Shown here: positions 1 to 11,167 of the stretch, piece after piece
How positions within the stretch are numbered: position 1 is the first letter of the stretch
Layout: every line of letters begins with the position of its first letter
Assembly: GCA_937625935.1 (NCBI GenBank)
Contig: OW569371.1
Span: 124,001 to 188,000 of the forward strand
From: Tetramitus jugosus
Lineage: Eukaryota; Protista; Heterolobosea
Reading direction: 5' to 3'
DNA: 64,000 nt
Made by a program: the position numbers and the translations under genes
Notes under the pieces: model-generated
What the model was told of the DNA's origin: nothing
The model's input: the letters and a program-made list of their open reading frames with translations, nothing else
The model's database searches: none

Positions 1-1674
1 CATTTTGGTTACCCTCCTGTTCGCTTGAGGATATTGACGACTCAGAAAAGTGCTTGGATAGAGCGAGACGCCTGGCTCTCTTTATCGCTTCTTTCTTCAT
101 TTCTTCCGATGAAGAAGCCATATGACCCATCGGAAGCCACGAATAAGCATCCTTCTGAGCTTTCTTCATAACTGAGCGAGGTGAAAATAAATCTTCATCT
201 TCTGATTGTTCACTGGAATCATCTTCCGTACCACCAACATTGGATTCTTTCTCAGGAGTTAACTCCGCTGGGAATGCTTCATTTCTGCTCATATCGCCTG
301 AGATTGGCTGTGACTGAACCGAAGAAGCAGTTGTCATCATTGTGTCGTTAGTACTCTGAACAGACTCGTTCATGGAGTTTCTTCTTTTCTTGAGCACGAC
401 TCTCCTCTTTGAGTTACTTGATGAAGGTTGGTTGCGTCGATCCCTTTCGATGTGTTCATATAAATGTGATAGGGTGAACGCTTCGTTTGGATTAAAGGCT
501 AGCCCTCCTACTCCATGGTAAATTGGTTTCTTCTTCTGAAACATTTCTTTAACTTCCTTGCTGTTGATTTTCTTAGCTATTATTTTCCTCAACTCTTTCG
601 GATCCAAATGATTGCTATGAGAATATGATTTCTCATTCCAACTATGATTACTCAAGTTTTGAGATTGGGAATTTGAAGTTTTGATAGATTGACTACTGTC
701 AACGGATAGTTGATCATCCCCCAAACTCCTCCTCATCTTCCTCTTGATCGGTACTCCAGTCTGTATGTTCGTGATGAGAACGGAATTGCTCGTTGTTGGA
801 TCATTCTCCTTAACATGACTCCGAGGAAAGTAAGAAAGGGAGGAATTGCTTCTACTCTTAGGAGTCGCTAAGATATTCATTAAATCGTTGTAAGAATCTC
901 GAGCATTAATAAACATTGCTTCTTCGTCAGTTAAATCATTATTAGCTTGGAGATACAGATCTATATCCTGCAAATCTCGTTGACTTGGACTGTATGAAGT
1001 TGTTGAAGTGTTCTCACCTCTCGTCTGTGTGTAGTCTATCATCATATTTGCCTCTCCTAGATCATCCAAGAATAGATCTCTAGAAGTTGACTTATGTCCA
1101 ATTCCCAGCTTTTGAAAAGCCAATTGTTCCTCCAAGCTCGGTTTTTTGATAAAGTCGAATGCTTCTGTATCTAGATAATCAGTTTTCAAATGCAAATCAG
1201 CTGCCTCTAGTAATGATAGTCTCTTTCGATTGTCCTCCAGTGTTTCCTTGTCATGCTCTGCTATGGCTCTCATAGACTACAATACAGTTAGTAAAATATC
1301 GTTTCCTCGATATGAAAGGTGCCCATATCAATACATACTTCCGTAAGGATCATGTTCTCAGCCCCTGGCGACTCTTCAACAGAGTTCATGGCAATTGGAG
1401 TAACATCGACTGAATGTCGAGAATGATCATTGCTCCTATTAATCAATGGATACTCACTTTGAGATTTTGCACCTAGACTTGTTCTGGTACTCTGTTGGAT
1501 GTGGTGCTGTTGAAGTAGTTGGGATATCGAAGATTCTTCGTCGCTTGAGTCATAGTAAGACAATTCCTTATCATAATCATATTCTCTTGGCATCACTTTT
1601 CGAGACATTCCTACGACAATGTTGTCTGATAAATTCTTGTTTCTCCCGCTTCGATGTTGTTTATTGTAGTTCAT
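1..1674 (-). CDS. Hypothetical Ser-rich protein, 3' end runs out of the window
   Basis: Exon 1 is 1674-1339 (MNYNKQ...MILTE). Intron 1338-1277 has GTATGT donor, CTAAC branch point and TAG acceptor. Exon 2 continues in frame (SMRAIAEHDKETLEDNRKRLSLLEA...) towards position 1. No domain recognised. Confidence 0.75.
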
Positions 1675-1813
1675 CGAAAACGGTTTCTGTTTCTCCGTTA
1701 ACTATTTTCTCCGTTTACTTCATCCTGCATGATGAACTTTTCCCAATTCCATGTTTGAGATCATAACAACAAGGAAAGTGAAAAAAAACCAACCAAAACA
1801 ACAATCGTAAAAA

Positions 1814-3889
1814 ATGAGCAATCATCAACCAAGCTACGATCTTCCTCTACCACCTCCATCTTCATCCTCATCCATCAATCCAGAACTCATCAACAAAGCA
1901 GTCGGAATTATTATTCCGCCGTCGGAGATTCAGGTCGTCATTAATAAAACAGCAGAGTTTATAGCTCAGAATGGTGCTGATTTCGAGAACAAGCTACTCC
2001 AGGGAAACGAGACTGGAAAATTCAATTTTATCAAAGTAGAGCATCCGTATCATGCGTACTACAAGCACCGAATCGAACAAATTTTCAACGGTAAGATCAT
2101 TTGGTAAATAAACACATCAATTCGTAGTTTTGTTTCAAGTGCTAACCTTTTATACCGTTGGTTTTTTATTTGTGATATAGAAATTGAACTCGAAGCTCTA
2201 CAAGAAGAACACCACTTACAACAACAACAGATCTCATCTGGGCACGTGGTCAATGATCATCATGAGTTTGATGAAACAATGTCCTCACTAGTGGACAATC
2301 AAGTTGACCTGAAATCAGTTCCAATTAGCAGCACTACAGGTGTCGTCATCTCAAAGAAGGCGTCTGTCATTGCTACGAATCGTCTCGGTGAAAAACCAAA
2401 AACCGATCCACTTCGTTACCTCTATCATATTCCAATTCCCCGAGGTTTAAATTCTCCGATTCAGTTGGATGTGATACGATTGACTGCGCAGTATGCAGCT
2501 GCCAATGGAAAATCATTTCTTCAGGCAGTGACGGTGCGAGAGGCCAATAATCCCTTGTTTGAATTTTTGTTGCCAACGAGTCGATACTTTAAATTTTTTA
2601 TTCAAGTGTCTGAAGTGTACAGTAGAATTGTGAATCCTGAAATTCCGTTGAATATGGGTCAAGAGGACGACGATGGTGAGAATGACGATGATCAAAATGA
2701 CGAAAATGAGAGTGATGAGAAGAAGAAGGATCATAAGAAGGTCAAAACAGTGATTGATCAATTGAAAATGTTGGCAAATGAGTCGAACAAGAGCGAATTG
2801 TTGAATTTAATGTACAGAAAGGCCGAATGGGAGACGATACAAGAGGAAGAGAGGAAACGAAAGGCAATGGACGAAGAATCGGAGCGATCAGCACTCAATG
2901 CGATTGATTGGCATGATTTTGTAGTTGTGGAGACGATTGATTTCGATGAAGGTTCATTCGCCGAAGAGGAAGAAGCAGGAGGCACTACGCGAATGGAAGC
3001 CGAATACGAAGTAAAAGAATATTATGGAGCAGCAGAAATGCCTGTCGAAGCAGAAGATGTAGAAATGGATATTGACAACGATGTGGAGATGGATACGACG
3101 GAGGATGATGACTATGCAGTGCGACCTATGGTGTCATCACACACGGAATATGCTCCTTCTGTGCGATCGCGTCTCTTGTTGGACGATGATGAAGAAATTG
3201 AGAGGCGAATTCGCAAAAATGTTGAAAGGCCATCAACTACCGTTGGTGCCTCAACAGGTTTCGATGCATCCAAGTTCTTTAGAGATCCAACAACCGGAGA
3301 GTTAATTCCAATTGAACAAGCTGAATCTCACATGAGAATTAAGACACTGAACCCAATGTGGAAGGAACAGAAGAGTAGAGAGATTGAAAAGTTTAAAACC
3401 ACCAATATCGCATCAGATGCCGAAATTTCAAACCAGTTGTCGTCCATGGTCAAGAGGAGAACACAAGGCGCAGATCAAGCAAGCAAGGAGGACACTGGAC
3501 CAAAACCAGTTCGATGGGATGGGCACAAAACATCTGCGGCACTTGTTTCTGCTCAGAATGCAGCTCTGGGAATAACGATACCAGATCCTCAGGCACCTCT
3601 GCCGAACATGCCCATCTACGGTCCATCAATTCCTCAGCCACAACACGCTCAGCCAACAACGCATGTCCTGCCTCCTCCACCATTCATGGGACCTGTTCCG
3701 CCTACAGGATACATGCCACATATGCCTCCTACAGGTTTTATTCCTCATCCATCAATGCTGCCACCAACTGGCATGATTCCACCTCAAGAAGGACCATCAC
3801 TCCGACCTCCACCGCCAACTCAAACCGGACCTCGGCCAGAAGTGCAACTTCCTGCACCGAAACGTCCAAAGTTGGAAGAAAATAAATAA
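1814..3889 (+). CDS. SF3A1: Splicing factor 3A subunit 1 (Prp21/SAP114)
   Basis: Two SURP domains (IIIPPSEIQVVINKTAEFI; LDVIRLTAQYAAANG), PRP21 motif IDWHDFVVVETIDF and a Pro-rich tail. Intron 2091-2180 (GTAAGA...ATAG) joins the two ORFs in frame. Confidence 0.93.
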
Positions 3890-3923
3890 GTACCGTAACT
3901 TAAAAGTTTCCGAAAACATTGTT

Positions 3924-5165
3924 TTACTTGGTCTTGAATTTAAAGTACAGACAGTCACCGTCCAACACTCGGTATTCCTTACCCTCAGAAGATAGCACTC
4001 CCTTCTTTCTTGCCGTGCTATCATCGCAGTTGCAAGCCAAATAGTCCTTCCAGTGCGTACGATCGGCCTTGATGAATCCCTTTGCGATATCAGTGTGAAT
4101 TTCTGCGGCAGCCTCCTGTGCTGTCGATCCATCCCTAATGGTCCATGCTCTCGTTTCTTCCACACCTACCGTGTAGAACGTAATGAGACCCAACAGTTTA
4201 TAACTCGCTTGAATAATTTGTTCCATACCAGTCTTCTCCAATCCAAACTCCTCCAACACGGTCTGTCTCGTCTCCGGATCACACATGGCTGCCTGACTCT
4301 CCAACTCTGCACTACAAATCACTGCTTCTGACCCTCTCTCTTTTGCGTATTGAATCACCTGTTCCGTATACTTGTTACCATGAGGCACTTCATCTTCCTT
4401 GACATTACAACAGTAGAGCATCTTCTTTGTCGATAGTAAATTGAGTGATTTGAGCACGTCTGCCTCTTCCTTGTCCAACACCAAGCTGTGAATCGGTATG
4501 GAATTGATCAATGATTCTTCACACTTTTTCAACACTGACATGGTCAACTCAATGTTGGTATCCTTGCCATTGTTGCTATTCTTTTTGGGTTTGGCTTGCA
4601 ATTTTCTCGTAATGATATCCAAATCTGACAACATGAGCTCTCCGTTGATAATATCAATGTCTCTCAGTGGATCAATCGATTTTTCAACATGAGTAATGTT
4701 TATGTCGTCAAAGCAACGAACCATTTGAACAATTGTGCTCACTTCTCTAATGTGAGAGAGAAACATGTTGCCTAGGCCTTTGCCCTCACTAGCTCCCTTG
4801 ATCAATCCCGCAATATCAATAAATTCAATCTGTGTCGCTACGGATCGCTTGGTTTTGGCGCCTTCGGACAATTGTCGGAGAATATTGTCGGGAACGGCAA
4901 CAATGCCCTTGTTGGGTTCAATTGTGCAGAATGGAAAATTGGCTGCTTCTGCACGTTGTGTCTCTGTCAATGCATTGAACAGTGTACTCTTGCCAACGTT
5001 TGGCATTCCAACGATGCCTACACTTCTTCTTCCGGCATTTCTACGCTGTTCGGAGAATAATTTTTGGGAGGGAATGATGGTTGTGATGTGGGAGAGAATG
5101 GGACGAAGGGTGTTGTTGCGGCTGCAGGAGAGTCGTCGATTGTTGGCGTTCAATAGAGCAAGCAT
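3924..5165 (-). CDS. ychF: YchF/OLA1 Obg-family ATPase, bacterial-type, probably mitochondrial
   Basis: GIVGMPNVGKST, NFPFCTIEPN, DIAGL, and TGS domain (ITFYTVG...RAWTI). The ATG at 5165 follows an A-rich leader and gives an Arg/Ser/Leu-rich, acid-poor N-terminus resembling a presequence. Confidence 0.92.
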   Translation of the reverse strand: MLALLNANNRRLSCSRNNTLRPILSHITTIIPSQKLFSEQRRNAGRRSVGIVGMPNVGKSTLFNALTETQRAEAANFPFCTIEPNKGIVAVPDNILRQLSEGAKTKRSVATQIEFIDIAGLIKGASEGKGLGNMFLSHIREVSTIVQMVRCFDDINITHVEKSIDPLRDIDIINGELMLSDLDIITRKLQAKPKKNSNNGKDTNIELTMSVLKKCEESLINSIPIHSLVLDKEEADVLKSLNLLSTKKMLYCCNVKEDEVPHGNKYTEQVIQYAKERGSEAVICSAELESQAAMCDPETRQTVLEEFGLEKTGMEQIIQASYKLLGLITFYTVGVEETRAWTIRDGSTAQEAAAEIHTDIAKGFIKADRTHWKDYLACNCDDSTARKKGVLSSEGKEYRVLDGDCLYFKFKTK

Positions 5166-5309
5166 TTTTTGTTGACTTGTTTTGTGTTGTTTTTGCTTGT
5201 CGGAAGAAAAATTCGTGGGAAAAAGAATCTTGCCTCTGGTTGAACCGGCAAAATTGGGAACTCCCAAAAGTAGAACTACCAAAAACAATCACACTAAAGA
5301 ACCAAACAC

Positions 5310-6464
5310 ATGAGTATCAAACAACAAATTGATCACCTGGAACAATTGATTCGAGAGTGTAGTGTTTTGGATGAGTCAGAGCAGTCCATTGCCAGGAGAA
5401 ACTATGCCAAGCAAATTGCAGCCCTGCGTCAGAAGCAAAATAAGGAAAAGAAACGTCGTTTGTCTCCCACCTTGATTGGACGTGCTGTCGAGCCTTGGAA
5501 CGATGGCAAAGAACAAGAAGAGACCAATTATGAAGAGGAATCGACAAGTCGGTTTGAATTCAATGTGTTTGGACGGTCTGAAATGAAGGCTGCTGTCGAG
5601 AAGTGTCAAATGGATCGAGCATCGATTCGTGTATGTCTAAGACGTGAAAAGCTCCATGGTCGAATCGAATCGTTGCTGTCTGCTACGCAATCTCACTACA
5701 CGTTCACTGAGTTACAATATTCGAGTGAGAATAAGGGCCTGCGAGTTGCTCAACTAAGGAGGTCAGGACTCGCGACAATACATGAGTGGTACATGGAATT
5801 AGTGACAAATTTATGCATTGTAAAAGGTACAGATATCGTCGATACATCCAAGATGAGCATATCAGAAGCAATTCAAGTACTCTCCGATGAAGATACAATG
5901 CTTATGGTACAGCCTGATCTTTTCTTTGGGGGAATCCTGATGACTGAAAGTTTGCTTTTTAGGCTCAAAACAGGAGAGAACTCTGATGCCGAAACAAACA
6001 AGTTGAAGGCGCTCACCAATGTCGTAAAGTTGCCTTTCAACTATCGTCTCCTGAAGTGCAAGGAAACAAGAGAGATGGACATTGAGCAAGGTATGATGAT
6101 ATTCGATAGTCGGGGAGTCCATATTCATTTGGTAAATGAAGATGAGATTTCAAGGGAGAATACCAGCAAAGAGTTTGGTATTGGGCCATTGTTCATGACA
6201 CTATTCATTCCTTACGGATCCAAAACTGGAACGGGAGAATGGTGGAGAGCTCAAGTCAGTGATGATATGTGGAATTGGCTTGCCACACCTGCAAAATACG
6301 TGCGACAAAGGCTTGAGTATCTGTTTCCTAATGGCTCCATGAGTAGGTACAAAGATAATTTCGCTCTGGATAAATCAAGATTCCAGATATTGGAAGAAGG
6401 GAGCCTGCAAGTGGAGATAAGTTATGACAAAGCAAGCGTTGTCCCACAAGAACTCGTCCAATAA
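5310..6464 (+). CDS. Hypothetical protein (384 aa)
   Basis: Long ORF with A-rich start context, globular composition and AATAAA overlapping the stop. No family recognised. Confidence 0.7.
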   Translation: MSIKQQIDHLEQLIRECSVLDESEQSIARRNYAKQIAALRQKQNKEKKRRLSPTLIGRAVEPWNDGKEQEETNYEEESTSRFEFNVFGRSEMKAAVEKCQMDRASIRVCLRREKLHGRIESLLSATQSHYTFTELQYSSENKGLRVAQLRRSGLATIHEWYMELVTNLCIVKGTDIVDTSKMSISEAIQVLSDEDTMLMVQPDLFFGGILMTESLLFRLKTGENSDAETNKLKALTNVVKLPFNYRLLKCKETREMDIEQGMMIFDSRGVHIHLVNEDEISRENTSKEFGIGPLFMTLFIPYGSKTGTGEWWRAQVSDDMWNWLATPAKYVRQRLEYLFPNGSMSRYKDNFALDKSRFQILEEGSLQVEISYDKASVVPQELVQ

Positions 6465-6696
6465 ACAATACCTTGGGCAAAAGCCTACATTACTGAGGGT
6501 TCTCCTATCTCAATACTAACTCAGCCAGATGGTGCTTAACTTCTCTATTCGAAATGGGAAGAGGTGGTTCCACCATTGTATGAACGTAGACATCCATCTT
6601 GTTTTTTCACATACTTTGGCCGCTTCTGGGAGCCACAAGTCTACCATCGATCCCAAGTAGTTGACACCGATTGATATCTCCTTTCATTGGCTTAGA

Positions 6697-7619
6697 CTAG
6701 TTTTGTGATATTTGTGTTCTTTTCGTAGTGTCAAGAGTGGATGGTCGTTTCATTCGAATGGATACCCTCTGGTGACCAATGAGTGAAATGGCAGGATAGT
6801 ACACGATATCTTGTGTTGGAATGTCAGTTATGGTCATGAAATATTGATTGTTCTTGAAGAGATACATGGTCGCTGTGTTTGAGTCGCTCAAATTCTTCAA
6901 ATCGAACCTGAACTGAACTTGAAACCCTCTTCATACAGAACTGATCTGTCATAGAACTCAGAGGAGTGTTCTCTGTGAACAGAATGTTGTCCAATATTGT
7001 AACCAACGCCTTGACTGCTGTAGCCAATAATCTTGTCGGTCCCCACTTCAGTAAATGCATAAGTACCTGTCTCGATTCCGACGAAAATTCGATAGGCATT
7101 GTAACCTCCATGTTCATCGAGAGAGTACTCCCAACCATGAACAAAACCCATCTCAAGTTTTCTATTGGTTCGGATAGTGTCCCACTTGCTATCTCTCTCA
7201 CAAGAAATAGTCTTGTCATAATTGTGCATTTTGATATCAGAGTCAGGTGTTCTCGTATTGGCATCCCATTTGATCAAGTTTGAATGTACCAATTCTCTCC
7301 ATATGTTTGGTGGTGCATCACCATTGACATTAGATAAAGCGAGCTCTTCTTGCGTTTCATCTTTGACGTGCAATTCCTGCACAAGTGATCGAATGGTCTC
7401 CTGCTTGTTGAAACCGAGGTGATGGGCCATCATTTTCCATACAAAACAATCTGCTTCAGCACTCAACACCAAGAATTCACCATGTTTGCAGCTCAATGAG
7501 ATTTGATACAGGTCTCTCATGGTCAAGAATGTTAACAGGTACATTTGTAGATCACATGACAACAATTCGTAGATGTTTAGAGTCAATAATTCTGCCAAAC
7601 TCAGAAGATGATAAATTAC
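6697..7619 (-). pseudogene. F-box + SPRY/B30.2-like module, frameshifted near 6900 and lacking its own start (pseudogene, assembly error or alternative last exon)
   Basis: F-box-like LLSCDLQMYLLTFLTMRDLYQISLSCK. SPRY-like WDTIRTN...IFVGI...GVGY in one frame and FDL...MYLFKNN...YYPAISL in the other frame. Confidence 0.6.
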
Positions 7620-7639
7620 CTGCAGTAAACGAAACACCT

Positions 7640-10252
7640 TTATTGAGTAGGCGTGGGTTCCTCCAGAATTCTTCTGAGTTGAGAAACAACCTGCTCTGCT
7701 GTGGGCCGGTCCACTGGACTAATCTGAAGCATTTTCTGGATCAGATTGGCCAGTGACCGACTATGATAGGAATTGTAAACTGCGGCTTCTATTCCCTTGA
7801 AGTATTCATCACGCTTGTGCAATGCTTGAAAATTGTGATTAACTCCAATGTCTAGTGTCGCAATCTCATACATGACACACCCGAGACTGTAAATATCTGC
7901 CTTCCATGAATACTTTTGTTGTCCTGCGACCTCTGGTGCCAAGAATCCCAAGCTGCCGAGAACAGTGTTTGCTGATGAATGCTCCATCTGTCTCTTGAAC
8001 CCAAAGTCTCCAATATGAACACTGTTGTAGTCATTGGACATGAGAATGTTTTCTGGTTTCAAGTCGCGGTGCATGATCCGATTTGCGTGCAAGTATTTGA
8101 CAGCTTCTGCCATCTGAAGCGAAAACTTGACAACTCTCTCAAAAGTGGCCTTCTTGTTATGTTCCTTTCTCATTCTCAAGTACCTCCGCAAATCTCCCTT
8201 TTCAAAGTATTTCATGACAAAACAGATGCCAATCGACCCATCCGATCCATTTTCGACATAGATATCATCATACTTCACAATGTGAGCATGATTGAGCTTT
8301 GTAATGGGAAGAGCCTCCCGATTCGCCTTTTGCAATTCGTCCTCATTTGCGCAAATGAGTTTCTTGATTGCGACTCTGCGATTCGTAACCTTATCCACTC
8401 CCAAGAAGATTTTACCTTCGAGACCTTCTCCTATACGCTTCGTTTTGTCGTAGCGATCCCGACCAGACAACACAGCAGATGATGTCGTTTGAGGAGGAAC
8501 AACAGGAGAGTTTACGACAGCTTGTCTTGGAGTAGTTGCTGTTGTTGTTGATGTCAATGGTTGTACTGGCAACGGAGTTGGGTTAGAAGGTTCCAGTATT
8601 GGCTTTGGTGCTTTGGATCTTGACTCACTACTGCCCTTTCCGAATCCATGTGCAATGATTTCCAGCTCAATCTCACCAGTTTCTATCCCGTCTAATTGAA
8701 CTCTGATGGATGTGACCTTTTCTCGTGTCAATCCAGACAAATCAACAGTGCATTGACCCTAAGAACAACAACACACATGTTAAAATTAATGTGCACACAA
8801 ATACAAACACACAAAACGTCACAAAACACTTACCAAAAAATCGTCTCTCTTAATCTTGTCCTGATCCCAACACTCAATCCTCAGTTCATCCAACACATTT
8901 CCATTCTGATCGCACTCTACTGAAAACTCAAACACTTCATTCCACTCGGGATTCAACGATCTCTTAACAGTGTGACTCTTGAGTTGAGACGCAGAGGCAT
9001 TCATGTTATGACTGCTAGAATGAACTGCAGCAGCAGAAGAAACAGCAGCAGAAGAAGCAGAAGCAGAAGAAGAATGACTCGAATTGTTCATTGTAGTCTG
9101 ATTCAATGAAAAGGGAGAATAAAAGGAAGAAGAAAGCGATGATAGAGATGAAAAGGATGGAAGAAGTGGTGACGTTACGGATGAAGGTGATGCTGATGAG
9201 GATGACAATGAGGATGAAGATGCTGGAAATTGAATAATTGGTGGTGAGCTGTTATTGTCCAATGGTGATGGCGATGATATCGTCGATAAGTGGTTGTCAT
9301 CCACAATTGTCTCGTTTTTCTCACTCTTCCTTATATGATTATCCTCATTACTATTGTTCGTATTTACATCATTTGTCTGTTGTTGTTGTTGTTGTTGTTG
9401 TTGATTGTTCACAACAGAGTATGCATCCATTCGTTTATTGGACGTTGTCATTGCATTCGCAGATGCCACTTGTATCACTTGACTACTATTACTATTACTA
9501 TTATTCTCATGATTTGAATTTCGTTGATTGAGCATGATGGAACTGGCTAACACTGCCGAAAAGAATCCTCTCGTTGTCAACTTTTTCTCCTCTTTTCGTT
9601 GCTGTTGTTGTTGCTGCTGCACACTGATTTTACAGTATGGGTCACTGTAACCATTCAAGTCGCGTCGGGCTAATTGAATTCCCCGCTTCAAGAAAACTTC
9701 AATGGTCGTGTGTTGAGAATGAATTTGTTCCATGCGCAATGCACTGGGCAATGTCATGATGGATGCATTATTGGAGATGATGGGTGCATATTGACAGTGT
9801 CTTGGTAAATTTGTGGAAAAGTGAAGCGTTTTGGTTCGATTCGATAGAAAAGTAGTTGTTGTTGTTGTTGTGTTGAGTGATGGTAGAAGTGGTGGTGGTG
9901 GAGCAGAAGAAGGCTCAGTCGTTGTCATGTTGATAATGTTTGGTGTTGTTGTATGGTGATAATTGTCAGTGTTGATGTAGTGAGGTGGTAATTGTGGAGT
10001 GGGCAGTGCAGTGAATGCTGTTGCTGTTGTTACTGTTGTTGTTTGTTCTTGTTTGAGCGAATGCGGAGGAGATGTCAATTTTGAAGTTATTTTTGAAGTT
10101 GCAATGCTTTTTTGTTGCTGTTGTGGTCGGTTCGTGTTTTGTGTGGAACGGGTAGTGTTGGATGGATGATGACTTTGTTTTCTTACTGGATCCAGGAAGA
10201 ATATTCTGGTTCCTGAGATGGTGAAACTATTGTGGTGTTGCGCTCTGGACAT
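7640..10252 (-). CDS. C2-domain Ser/Thr protein kinase (NEK-like catalytic domain)
   Basis: C2 motifs DLNGYSDPYC...SLNPEWNEVF...WDQDK..DDFL|G, restored by intron 8833-8759 (GTAAGT...TTAG). Kinase motifs GEGLEG, VAIK, HRDLKPEN, DFG, APE. Confidence 0.88.
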
Positions 10253-10530
10253 TTTACTTTGTTGGTTTCGTTGAGCAAGAAGAAGCTCTTGTAGTTGGAG
10301 CCTGCCAAATTCCCGCCATTTCTCAAACGATACACCCGATTCCGCAGTCTACAGAATTAGGAACCAGTCGTCAAAAAGGGTCGCACATGAGATAAATGAT
10401 TGTTTTCCTGAACAAAAAACAAAGCTTTAATATTGTGTTCAATATCGCAAGTTTATGACGCCAATTATTATTGTCAACCGTTTCAGTAAAGTATACTTCT
10501 TGCTTTCATCAGCTGATACAATGCATAACA

Positions 10531-11073
10531 TTACTGCAAGCAATCAAAATCCTTTTCCGACAACTCTAATCGACTCTTTTCCAAATGTGACAATATCATT
10601 TGTTTCGTTTCATAATCCAATGACTGTATCAATCCAAAATGCTTATGATTTTCGCTCGAAAAATCATCCTCTTCCTCAAGATTGTTCCTCCTCTCTACCG
10701 TCTCATCATCATCATCATATTGCTCATATTGCTCATCTTGCTCATTTCTTTTTGCTCTTCTTGTCAACAACTCATTGTACACTTGAAATACTTCTTCCTC
10801 AGATGGGAAAAATGCTTGCTTCTGTTTCATTTCATCTTCTCCAGGACCACTGATATCACAAGATGAGTGATTCACCTTGTCGCTGTTCCTCAATTTTTGT
10901 TTCTGTTCTTGTTGTTGTTGTTGTTCAATGATCAGTTGTTTCACTTTGTTCGTGTCAATGTTGATCTGATCGGGATTTAACCACTTGTAGATGTGTTTGA
11001 TTCTTCGTTGTTGCGTTTGGTCGACATGATGATCTTCTTTTGAACTCGTGTTTTGCTGTTGTTGATTTTTCAT
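10531..11073 (-). CDS. Hypothetical Gln/acid-rich protein
   Basis: ATG at 11073 in AAACAAC context, about 95 bp after the MSH1 stop. Contains helical globular segments. C-terminus uncertain. Confidence 0.55.
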   Translation of the reverse strand: MKNQQQQNTSSKEDHHVDQTQQRRIKHIYKWLNPDQINIDTNKVKQLIIEQQQQQEQKQKLRNSDKVNHSSCDISGPGEDEMKQKQAFFPSEEEVFQVYNELLTRRAKRNEQDEQYEQYDDDDETVERRNNLEEEDDFSSENHKHFGLIQSLDYETKQMILSHLEKSRLELSEKDFDCLQ

Positions 11074-11167
11074 GTTGTTTTCATGATTCTGTTGTTGTTG
11101 ATTGGTTTGTGGAAGATGACGGAAAAAATTGTTGTATTGCTTGGTGGTATGTTTGTATTGAGCAGGT

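Noticed and set aside
6897-6899. TGA as selenocysteine or a reassigned codon
   Set aside because: Readthrough meets another TGA three codons later, the domain continues in a different frame, and all three stops terminate genes normally in this window.
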